This document shows, one piece after another, positions 9,737 through 17,460 of a stretch of 64,000 nt of DNA. Both the position numbers and the translations under genes were made by a program. The stretch covers positions 14,131-78,130 of the forward strand of contig JANRLW010000014.1 in assembly GCA_033762295.1 (NCBI GenBank), written 5' to 3'. The notes beneath the pieces were generated by a model, which saw only the letters and a program-made list of their open reading frames with translations, searched no databases and was not told the DNA's origin. The stretch's first letter is position 1. The number at the start of each line of letters is the position of its first letter. Source of the stretch: Capsulimonadales bacterium. GTDB taxonomy: Bacteria > Armatimonadota > Armatimonadia > Armatimonadales > Armatimonadaceae.

Positions 9737-10249
9737 TCAGGTTCCGCTGTAGGATGTCGGCTGTAGTGAGAGAAAGGTCCGAACTTTGGTCGTGTCGGGC
9801 GTTTCCAGGTTGGTGTCGAGAACGATCGGGACGGGTGTACGCGGCGGCAGGGTCAGGTTGATTCGGAAGGTCCGGTCGCCGCCGATCGCCAGCCTTTGAT
9901 CGCGCCGGGCCTCCTTGCGCAGCAGACGGACCGCCAGACGGCCCGTCATCGGCTCGTCCGTACGATTCTCCAGTCGGGCGCACAGCAGGCCGTCCGGTCC
10001 CCAGACGACGTTGGATACCGCGACATAGCGCAGTTTCTCGGCAGGCAGCGCCTCGACATAGGGATCGTCGGCAATCCGAGTCCAGACGTCCCCGTTGCGC
10101 ATCTCGACTTTCCCGGTGAGTTTATGCTGGCGGACGGCATAATCGCCGACGGAGAGTGTTCGCCAGGGGGCGGCGACGAGAAATGCTCCGTACCCGACGA
10201 CGATCATCGCCGGAACGGCGAGGAACCGGAGCAGGACGCCGATGTTCAT
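9737..10249 (-). CDS. Hypothetical single-pass membrane protein
   Basis: ATG at 10249 overlaps ygfZ stop (ATGA); N-terminal TM MNIGVLLRFLAVPAMIVVGYG. Confidence 0.6.
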   Translation of the reverse strand: MNIGVLLRFLAVPAMIVVGYGAFLVAAPWRTLSVGDYAVRQHKLTGKVEMRNGDVWTRIADDPYVEALPAEKLRYVAVSNVVWGPDGLLCARLENRTDEPMTGRLAVRLLRKEARRDQRLAIGGDRTFRINLTLPPRTPVPIVLDTNLETPDTTKVRTFLSLQPTSYSGT

Positions 10250-11190
10250 CCGGTGGAATCCCCGACCGTCAACGGGAGCGATACGACCCGCGCGGCGGCG
10301 TCGCCCACCGTGACGACCGTTCCGGGCGTTCGATGTTCGTGGCGAAGGTAACCGAGAGCGATCGGGCTCCCGGTGCGCGGGCCAACGGCGGCGGACGTGA
10401 TCCGTCCGATCTCTTTTCCGTCGAGCGTGACCGGGGCGCCGGACGCGGGCAGGTCGGAACGATCGAGCCGGAATCCGGTCAGTTCCCGGTTGGTATGGCC
10501 GCGCGCGTCGATCCGGGCGACGATCTCCTGGCCGATGTAGCACCCTTTCCGGTAGTGGATCGCTCGTTCCCGCAGCCCGGTCTCGGGGGCGAGGACTCGC
10601 AGGTCGAAGTCGACGCCGAACCGCGGGATTCCGGCCTCGATCCGCAGCGCGTCCACCAGGGACGGTTCTACGGGAACGGAGCCGACGGATTCGAGACGGG
10701 CCAGAGCGGCGTCGAACTCCGAGGCGGGCAGATAGAGGTCGAAACCGGGGAGTCCAGTCAGGATGGTGACGGCGGCGCAGGTATCGCTCCCGATCTCACG
10801 GTTCGTTCCTTCGGCCATTTCGCCGGCGAACGACGGAAACAAATCGGCCGCTTTGCGCCCGCCGACATGTATCTGACGGAGTTCGGCGGTGGCATCGTGG
10901 ATTTTGACCCGCTCCATGATCAGGTACTTTTCGAGGGTTTCGGCGACGATCGTCGCCATTCCGGGCTCGAGATCGGCGAGCAGATGATCGCTCCGGCACA
11001 GGAGGCGCAGGTCGGCGAGGACATGGCCGGTGGCATCGAGCAGGAAAGCGTAACGGCCGCTGCCGGGCGCGAGCGACGCGACGTCATTGGTCAGCAGGGC
11101 ATGGAGAAATCCCTGCCGGTCGCGGCCGCCGAACTTCAGGCGGCCCCGGTCGGAGCGGTCGATATGGAACAGGTCCGGTAGTTCGGTCAT
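10246..11190 (-). CDS. ygfZ: YgfZ/GcvT-family folate-binding protein
   Basis: KGCYIGQE signature; GRDRQGFLHALLTND. Confidence 0.9.
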   Translation of the reverse strand: MTELPDLFHIDRSDRGRLKFGGRDRQGFLHALLTNDVASLAPGSGRYAFLLDATGHVLADLRLLCRSDHLLADLEPGMATIVAETLEKYLIMERVKIHDATAELRQIHVGGRKAADLFPSFAGEMAEGTNREIGSDTCAAVTILTGLPGFDLYLPASEFDAALARLESVGSVPVEPSLVDALRIEAGIPRFGVDFDLRVLAPETGLRERAIHYRKGCYIGQEIVARIDARGHTNRELTGFRLDRSDLPASGAPVTLDGKEIGRITSAAVGPRTGSPIALGYLRHEHRTPGTVVTVGDAAARVVSLPLTVGDSTG

Positions 11191-12023
11191 CGGTCCTCGG
11201 CCTCAAATCGGGTCACGGGTTCTGCGGCACGGGTCGGGTCAATCCGGCGGGCGTCGACGTAGCCCGGGGAGTAACGTTCGTCGCCCCATTCGGTCACGAG
11301 GACGCCAGCGCCTCCTGCCGAGTGTATAAACGTATTTCCGGCCAGATGCATTCCCACATGCGTGATCCGGTCGGGCTTTCCGAAGAAGACGAGGTCGCCG
11401 GGCTTAAGATGCTCTTGTTTCACGTGAAACCAACGCGGGTCATCCCTTTGTATGTCCGCATCACGGCGCAGGAGAACGCCGACCAGACGGTAACAGAGTT
11501 GAACAAACCCGGAGCAGTCGAGGCCGAACGACGACGAACCTCCCCAGAGGTAGGGCGTCCCCAGAAAATCCGGGCCCCATTCCGCCGCCGCCACGCCGAG
11601 ACGATCGACGGGTTCGTTCGACAGGGGGGTCAGCGCCGTCTGCGGCAGCCAGCCATCGGTCCGTCCGTCGGGCAGGAGGACACGGACAAAGCCGTCCTTC
11701 CGCTCCCCCGTCCGGTAGACCCCGCAGAGAATCGGCAGACGCATCCGCAGCGGCGCGGTTTCCGAAGGGGCCGTCCGCAACTCGGAAAAGACGACCGTCG
11801 TTTCGGTCAGCGGCATCTCCCCCATCGGTCTGAGCCATCGCTGGTCCGCCCAGCCCCGATAGGTATCGTCGCCCTCCACCCAAACCCACCCGGCCTCCTC
11901 GCGAAGGACCGACAGGACGCGCCCCATGAGCGTCTGTGAAACCAGCTCGGAATCGTTCGTCGGACGGGCGCGGAGGTGAACGACATTATGGGCGACGATG
12001 CAACGACGGAGATTCGAACTCAT
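11187..12023 (-). CDS. SH3b + NlpC/P60 (C40) peptidase, YkfC-like
   Basis: GTPYLWGG..GLDCSGFVQ, PGDLVFF, HVGM, FIHS catalytic motifs; no signal peptide. Confidence 0.9.
   Translation of the reverse strand: MSSNLRRCIVAHNVVHLRARPTNDSELVSQTLMGRVLSVLREEAGWVWVEGDDTYRGWADQRWLRPMGEMPLTETTVVFSELRTAPSETAPLRMRLPILCGVYRTGERKDGFVRVLLPDGRTDGWLPQTALTPLSNEPVDRLGVAAAEWGPDFLGTPYLWGGSSSFGLDCSGFVQLCYRLVGVLLRRDADIQRDDPRWFHVKQEHLKPGDLVFFGKPDRITHVGMHLAGNTFIHSAGGAGVLVTEWGDERYSPGYVDARRIDPTRAAEPVTRFEAEDR
11416..11431. promoter_or_regulatory. parS site inside NlpC/P60 CDS
   Basis: TGTTTCACGTGAAACC (encodes WFHVKQ on the minus strand). Confidence 0.85.
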
Positions 12024-12126
12024 ATCGGTATTTTACCGTACCGTCGACGACGATGGCGGTACCTGACGTCTTCCGGAATCTTCCGAAGCGGCAATTCCGA
12101 ACGGTCGACGGGACGAAAGGAACCCT

Positions 12127-12142
12127 TGGCACGAAACTTGCG
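12127..12142 (+). promoter_or_regulatory. Sigma-54 (-24/-12) promoter
   Basis: TGGCAC-GAAAC-TTGCG, exact GG-N10-GC spacing, intergenic. Confidence 0.7.
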
Positions 12143-12412
12143 TCTTATGGGATGGAACCTTGTGAAAGCGTCCTGGGTCAGCAACCCGTCAATGCCGACG
12201 AAGCTGTGTACCGGGAGACGCAGTTGCATCTCGAAGCAGAGGTGACACACCTACCGAAACGGTGATCCGACACCGGGCGCGAGGCGTGCCGATCGGAGAA
12301 ATATAGAGAAGCGGTGCGGGAACCATTCCCGATGGAAAGCTCCGTCGGTTCCCGTCCGTGGAAACGAACTCGTCGAGAGTTTAAAGGTTCGCCGCCGGGC
12401 GGAGTGTCCGGC

Positions 12413-12451
12413 AAAGAAAGGCGCGGGACCGAGGGTCCCGCGCCTTTCTTT
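12413..12451. terminator. Bidirectional intrinsic terminator
   Basis: AAAGAAAGGCGCGGGACC-GAG-GGTCCCGCGCCTTTCTTT. Confidence 0.8.
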
Positions 12452-12473
12452 ATGACCGGATGACCGGGCGCGA

Positions 12474-14276
12474 TTACTCGCTTTCCCCCGCCATCGCCGC
12501 GATCTCCCGCGCAAACTTCTGCGCGACCACCTTCCGCTTCACTTTCAACGTCGGTGTCAGTTCGCCGCTGTCGACCGTGAAAGCGGTGTTCAAAATGGTG
12601 AACTTCCGAATCTTCTCAAAGTCGGCCAGTCCCCCGCTCTGCGCATCGATCTCCTGTTTGATCTTCTTGCGAACCTCGGGCCGTCGGAGAAGTTCCTCCT
12701 CCCCGTCGAACGACAGGTTTTCCGCTTTCGCCCACTCGGTGAGCCGTCCCTTGTTCGGAATGACCAGCGCGGTCACGATGCTCTGACGATCGCCGATCAG
12801 CACGATCTCCTCAATGAACGGCGACTGTTTGAGCGTGGATTCGATCGGCTGCGGGGCGACTTTTTTGCCGTTGTGCAGAACGAGCAGGTCCTTCTTGCGG
12901 TCGGTGATCTTGAGATAGCCTTCCTCGTCCAGATGGCCGACATCCCCCGTATGCAGCCAGCCGGTGGAATCGATCATGTCGTGGGTCGCCTGATCGTTTC
13001 GCCAGTAGCCTTTCATGACGTTCGGTCCGCGGTACAGGATCTCTCCGTCCTCGGCGATTTTGATCTCGCCGCCCGGAATGCAGATGCCGACCGTTCCGAG
13101 TTTCAAACGGCGATTCGGGTTGATGGCGATGACCGGGGCGGTCTCGGTCATTCCGTAGCCCTCCACGATCGGGATTCCGATCGCTTCGAAGAACCGGGCG
13201 GTTTCGGCGTTCAGAGCCGCGCCACCGGAGACGAAGAAGCGAAGCGCGCCGCCGAATCGTTCGCGGATATCGTGATAGACGAGTTTCTCGAACAGGGCGT
13301 GCTGCATCGCCAGCATCGGATTCATCATCCCGCCCCGTCGTTTTGCCTCGGCATACTCCTTGCCGGACTCCAGCGCTTTTCGGAAGCCCGCCTTCTTACC
13401 GGCGTCGAGTTTTTCCACCTGAGCCAGGATGCGTTCCTGCATCGCTTCATAGACTCGCGGCACACAGACCATAATCGTCGGTTTGGTGGACGCCATGTCG
13501 TCGACGATGGTCCGGACTCCCTCGCAATAGGCGATGGCCGCCCCGGTTCGAAGCGGCAGGTAGTATCCCGGCACCCGTTCGAAGACGTGTGAGAGAGGGA
13601 GGAACGACAGGAACGTATCCTTCTCGTCGACCTTTTCTCCCTGACGCGCGAAGTGCTCGAGCGCATAGTCGACGTTGGTGACGATGTTTCGATGGGTCAG
13701 CATCGCGCCCTTGGGGTCGCCGGTTGTTCCGGAGGTGTAGACCAGGGATGCGACGTCGTCCGGCAGGACATCCTTCCGCAGGTCGGAGAGCCGGTCCCCG
13801 AGCGGTTCGGCGGCTCCGCGTTCCAGGAGGGTCGCCCAGGTCACGACATCGGGGGAGTCCGCCGGGGTCTCGCCGTCGATCAGAACGATGTGCTCCAGTT
13901 CGGGCAGTTCGTGTCGCGATGCCATCGCTTTGGCCAGTTGCCGTGCATCGGACACCACGAACAGCTTGGCGGCGGCGTTCCGGACAATGAAGGCGACCTG
14001 AGGCGTGGGCAGGGTCGGGTACAGGGGAACGATGATGGCGCCCAGAGAGAGAGCGGCCAGATCGGTGATGGCCCATTCCGGCCGGTTTTCCGAGAGCAAC
14101 GCCACCCGGTCGCCCTTACGGACGCCGAGAGCGGCGAAGGCGGAGGCGATGATTTCGACCCGGCGGTTGAGTTCCGCGTAGGAGATATCGTGCCACTGCT
14201 TGTTTTCCTTGTAGCGAAGAGCGGTCTTTGCTCCGTGTGCCGCCACGGTTTCCTGAAAAAGCGCGTTGATGGTCAT
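12474..14276 (-). CDS. fadD: Long-chain fatty acid--CoA ligase
   Basis: YTSGTTGDPKG, EGYGMTE, GWLHTGD, ITDRKKD, GELTPTLK. Confidence 0.9.
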   Translation of the reverse strand: MTINALFQETVAAHGAKTALRYKENKQWHDISYAELNRRVEIIASAFAALGVRKGDRVALLSENRPEWAITDLAALSLGAIIVPLYPTLPTPQVAFIVRNAAAKLFVVSDARQLAKAMASRHELPELEHIVLIDGETPADSPDVVTWATLLERGAAEPLGDRLSDLRKDVLPDDVASLVYTSGTTGDPKGAMLTHRNIVTNVDYALEHFARQGEKVDEKDTFLSFLPLSHVFERVPGYYLPLRTGAAIAYCEGVRTIVDDMASTKPTIMVCVPRVYEAMQERILAQVEKLDAGKKAGFRKALESGKEYAEAKRRGGMMNPMLAMQHALFEKLVYHDIRERFGGALRFFVSGGAALNAETARFFEAIGIPIVEGYGMTETAPVIAINPNRRLKLGTVGICIPGGEIKIAEDGEILYRGPNVMKGYWRNDQATHDMIDSTGWLHTGDVGHLDEEGYLKITDRKKDLLVLHNGKKVAPQPIESTLKQSPFIEEIVLIGDRQSIVTALVIPNKGRLTEWAKAENLSFDGEEELLRRPEVRKKIKQEIDAQSGGLADFEKIRKFTILNTAFTVDSGELTPTLKVKRKVVAQKFAREIAAMAGESE

Positions 14277-14321
14277 GTTGATTCCTGTGAGTTGTCGGCG
14301 TTGAGACTTCCCATATCTATT

Positions 14322-14504
14322 CTACCGCCGGCTTCCCGTCCGGAGCGCATGGCCGAAAGATCGAACGGCGAAGAAAGCCAACCGTGCCAACAAAAAGGTC
14401 GGAAGCAGGGCCAGTATCACCCGTATGCTCAACGAGTGCATCATCAGGGTGAATCGTTCCGGCAGATCGGGCGTAAACAGGTCGGTCATCATCGATTCGT
14501 TCAT
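14322..14504 (-). CDS. Small putative membrane protein (60 aa)
   Basis: GGAGG 11 nt upstream of ATG; one hydrophobic helix followed by basic tail. Confidence 0.4.
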   Translation of the reverse strand: MNESMMTDLFTPDLPERFTLMMHSLSIRVILALLPTFLLARLAFFAVRSFGHALRTGSRR

Positions 14505-14645
14505 CTCAGGTCGGTCCTCCGGCGTCGTTGGGAATGGTTCCTACGGTTTCAGGATAGCGTATGATCGGCCGGGCGGGCGGAGCCACCGGTCCCATTTCGG
14601 GAAGAGCGCGGTCCCGAAGATTTTGGGACGTTCCCTTGCCGGGGC

Positions 14646-14661
14646 TGGCATGGAACTTGCG
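14646..14661 (+). promoter_or_regulatory. Sigma-54 (-24/-12) promoter
   Basis: TGGCAT-GGAAC-TTGCG; 14/16 identical to the site at 12127. Confidence 0.7.
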
Positions 14662-14714
14662 GTTTGCACGGTATTCCATCAAATTTTCATTCGGATCACA
14701 GAGAGGAATGCGCA

Positions 14715-14885
14715 ATGTCTCCGGTGCTGCTGACGATTCTCGTACTTTCGGGCCTGTGGCTGGCGATGCAGATCGATCGTCGGATTCGATCGTTCCGCCG
14801 GAAACGGGCCCTCTCTCACCGACAGTGGTGCGAGTATGCGGAGATGGCGGCCCGCAACGCGGAGCGGTGGCGTCACCGGGTCTGA
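14715..14885 (+). CDS. Small single-pass membrane protein (56 aa)
   Basis: GAGAGG RBS; MSPVLLTILVLSGLWLAM then Arg-rich tail; downstream of sigma-54 promoter. Confidence 0.55.
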   Translation: MSPVLLTILVLSGLWLAMQIDRRIRSFRRKRALSHRQWCEYAEMAARNAERWRHRV

Positions 14886-14911
14886 CGCACTCTTTCGGAC
14901 TCGCGTCCCGT

Positions 14912-14927
14912 TGTTTCATGTGAAACA
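14912..14927. promoter_or_regulatory. parS site
   Basis: TGTTTCATGTGAAACA, 15/16. Confidence 0.85.
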
Positions 14928-15042
14928 CCCGGGGAAACATCCTGAAGGGAACCCGTGCCTCCGGAGGTCGGTTGCCCGTCCGCGACTTCGCTCACGTGCT
15001 ATAATGGGGCGGAATCATTTTCAGGAGTATCCCCGCGACATT

Positions 15043-15339
15043 ATGGCCCTTACCCCCGAAGAGGTGCGGCAGGTCGGCACACTGGCTCGCCTTGCCCTCG
15101 CCGACGACGAGATCGATCGACTGACCCACCAGATCAACGACCTGCTGGCGCAGTTCGCCCGGCTTCAGGAACTCGACACCGACGACGTTCCTCCGACGTC
15201 CCACGCCGTACCGGTCCGGGCGTTGCTTCGCGAGGACGAGGTGACCCCCTCCCTGCCACAGGAGACGGTGCTGGCGCTTTCGCCGCATATCGATGAGGTC
15301 CTCGGCGGATTTATCGTTCCGCAGGTCATCGGGGAATAG
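15043..15339 (+). CDS. gatC: Asp/Glu-tRNA amidotransferase subunit C
   Basis: LTPEEVRQVGTLARL..LQELDTDDVPPTSH..LREDEV..FIVPQV; TGCTATAAT upstream at 14997. Confidence 0.95.
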   Translation: MALTPEEVRQVGTLARLALADDEIDRLTHQINDLLAQFARLQELDTDDVPPTSHAVPVRALLREDEVTPSLPQETVLALSPHIDEVLGGFIVPQVIGE

Positions 15340-15348
15340 GAGGACGCG

Positions 15349-16812
15349 ATGGACGAAATGCTTACCCGAAACGCGTCCGAGATCGTCGCCGGCATTCGAC
15401 GCCGGGAATGGTCGGCACGGGAAGTTACCGACGCCTTCCTCGGTCGGATCGAGCGGGTTGACGCCCGCGTACGCGCCTTCATCACGGTGACGCCGGATCG
15501 CGCCCGGCGACAGGCCGACGCGATCGATGCCCGGATCGCCGCCGGAGAGCCGGTCGGACCGCTCGCCGGCGTCCCGGTTGCCCTGAAGGATAATCTGTCG
15601 ACCACCGGAGTCGAAACCACCTGCGCATCGCAGATCCTGCGCGGTTACGTCCCGCCCTACGATGCGACCGTGGTCACCCGGCTGGAGCAGGCCGGTGCGG
15701 TTTTTCTCGGGAAGGTCAACCTGGACGAGTTCGCGATGGGATCGTCGACCGAGAACAGCGGGCTGTTCCCGACCCGGAACCCGTGGGACCTGAGCCGGGT
15801 TCCGGGCGGTTCGTCCGGCGGCAGCGCGGCGGCGGTCGCGGCGGACATGGCTCCCCTCTCCCTCGGTTCCGATACCGGCGGTTCCATCCGTCAGCCGGCC
15901 GCGTTCTGCGGTCTGGTCGGACTGAAACCGACGTACGGACTGGTTTCCCGCTACGGATTGGTCGCCTTCGGCTCCTCTCTCGACCAGATCGGTCCGCTCG
16001 CTCGAACGGTCGAGGATGCCGCTCTCTGTCTGACGGCGATTGCCGGCCACGACCGCCGGGATTCGACCAGTGTTCCACGTGAAACTCCCGACTTCACCGC
16101 CGGGCTGAACGGCCATATCGAGGGACTGCGCCTCGGCGTGCCTCAGGAGTATTTTGCCGAAGGGACCGCGCCCGGGGTCCGGGCGGCGGTTGTGGCGGCG
16201 ATCGGCGTCCTGCGCGGCCTCGGCGCGGAGATCGTCGAACTCTCCCTGCCCTGCACCGATTACGCCCTTGCCGCCTACTACATCGTCGCGCCCGCCGAAG
16301 CCTCCTCCAACCTCGCCCGCTACGACGGCGTCCGTTACGGGAACCGCGCCCCGGTCGGCGATGACCATATCGGCCTTTTCGAAAAGACACGCGAACTCGG
16401 CTTCGGACCGGAAGTGAAGCAGCGCATCATGATCGGCACCTATGCCCTGTCCGCCGGGTATTACGATGCCTACTACGCCCGAGCACAAAAGGTGCGGACA
16501 CTGCTCCGTCAGGAGTTTGACCGGGCGTTCGCACAGGTCGATGCCCTCGTCACTCCGACCGTTCCCACCACCGCCTTCCGCCTCGGGGAGAAATCCGACG
16601 ATCCGCTCGCGATGAAACTCTCCGACGTCTGCACCATTCCCGCCAACATGGCCGGGATCCCCGGTTTGTCGATCTGTTGCGGCTTCGACCCCGGCGGCCT
16701 TCCGGTCGGACTTCAACTGATGGGACCGGCCTTCTCCGAGGAGACCCTGCTCCGAATCGCCGACGCCTACCAGAAAGCGACCGACTGGCACCTTCGACGG
16801 CCGACCCTCTGA
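15349..16812 (+). CDS. gatA: Asp/Glu-tRNA amidotransferase subunit A
   Basis: Amidase signature [34 protein letters not shown]. Confidence 0.97.
   Translation: MDEMLTRNASEIVAGIRRREWSAREVTDAFLGRIERVDARVRAFITVTPDRARRQADAIDARIAAGEPVGPLAGVPVALKDNLSTTGVETTCASQILRGYVPPYDATVVTRLEQAGAVFLGKVNLDEFAMGSSTENSGLFPTRNPWDLSRVPGGSSGGSAAAVAADMAPLSLGSDTGGSIRQPAAFCGLVGLKPTYGLVSRYGLVAFGSSLDQIGPLARTVEDAALCLTAIAGHDRRDSTSVPRETPDFTAGLNGHIEGLRLGVPQEYFAEGTAPGVRAAVVAAIGVLRGLGAEIVELSLPCTDYALAAYYIVAPAEASSNLARYDGVRYGNRAPVGDDHIGLFEKTRELGFGPEVKQRIMIGTYALSAGYYDAYYARAQKVRTLLRQEFDRAFAQVDALVTPTVPTTAFRLGEKSDDPLAMKLSDVCTIPANMAGIPGLSICCGFDPGGLPVGLQLMGPAFSEETLLRIADAYQKATDWHLRRPTL
16071..16086. promoter_or_regulatory. parS site inside gatA
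   Basis: TGTTCCACGTGAAACT (encodes VPRET). Confidence 0.75.
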
Positions 16813-16817
16813 GATCT

Positions 16818-16851
16818 CCCCCTCCCCGGCAACCGGGAGCCGGGGAGGGGG
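16818..16851. terminator. GC-rich hairpin after gatA (terminator or REP-like)
   Basis: CCCCCTCCCCGGC-N8-GCCGGGGAGGGGG, no U-tract. Confidence 0.5.
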
Positions 16852-16887
16852 GTCAAGAGATTGAGACTTCGATACACGAGGCAACGG

Positions 16888-17457
16888 ATGTCGTATTCAC
16901 CGGAAGAAGCCGAAGCGATCCTGACAAGAGCCACCTCCCGCCGCGCCGATAGGATGATTTCCCACGAACAACTTCTGGAGATGGCCGCGGAACTCGGGAT
17001 CTCGGCGGAGGAGGTCGCCGACGCCGAGGAGACTTTCCGACGTGAACAGGAGGATGCCGCATTCCGCCGGGAGTTCGTCGCGGAACGCCGCTCGGGATTC
17101 TGGCCGCATCTCGTTCCTTTTCTTATCTTCAGCGTTTTCCTGATCACGATGAATCTCGTCAAAGGTGGGAAACCCTGGGCCCTCTTCCCGATCCTGAGCT
17201 GGGGAATCGGCGTCGCCTGCCATGCCCTGGCCGCTTTGCCGATGAAAGGGGCGGCCTTCGAACGGGAATTCTCCGAATGGAAAGAGCGTCATCGCCGGAA
17301 AACCCAGAGGAAAGCCCGGCGCGAGGCTAAAAAGGCGGCAAAATCCACCGAAACGCCGACGACCGAAGAGCCGATCCGTATCCCCGTTCCGACGCCGGGC
17401 CGTCTTCCTTCCGAGGAACCGCCCCTTCTTCAGGTCCGTAACGGGAAATCAACCTGA
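16888..17457 (+). CDS. 2TM-domain protein
   Basis: YSPEEAEAIL..EQLLEMAAELGIS..FWPHLVPF..WALFPILSWGIG. Confidence 0.8.
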   Translation: MSYSPEEAEAILTRATSRRADRMISHEQLLEMAAELGISAEEVADAEETFRREQEDAAFRREFVAERRSGFWPHLVPFLIFSVFLITMNLVKGGKPWALFPILSWGIGVACHALAALPMKGAAFEREFSEWKERHRRKTQRKARREAKKAAKSTETPTTEEPIRIPVPTPGRLPSEEPPLLQVRNGKST

Positions 17458-17460
17458 GGG

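Noticed and set aside
12147..12400. tmRNA, RNase P, SRP, 6S or known riboswitch in this gap; TGA read-through of the 37-aa ORF
   Set aside because: No diagnostic motifs recognised; no support for recoding
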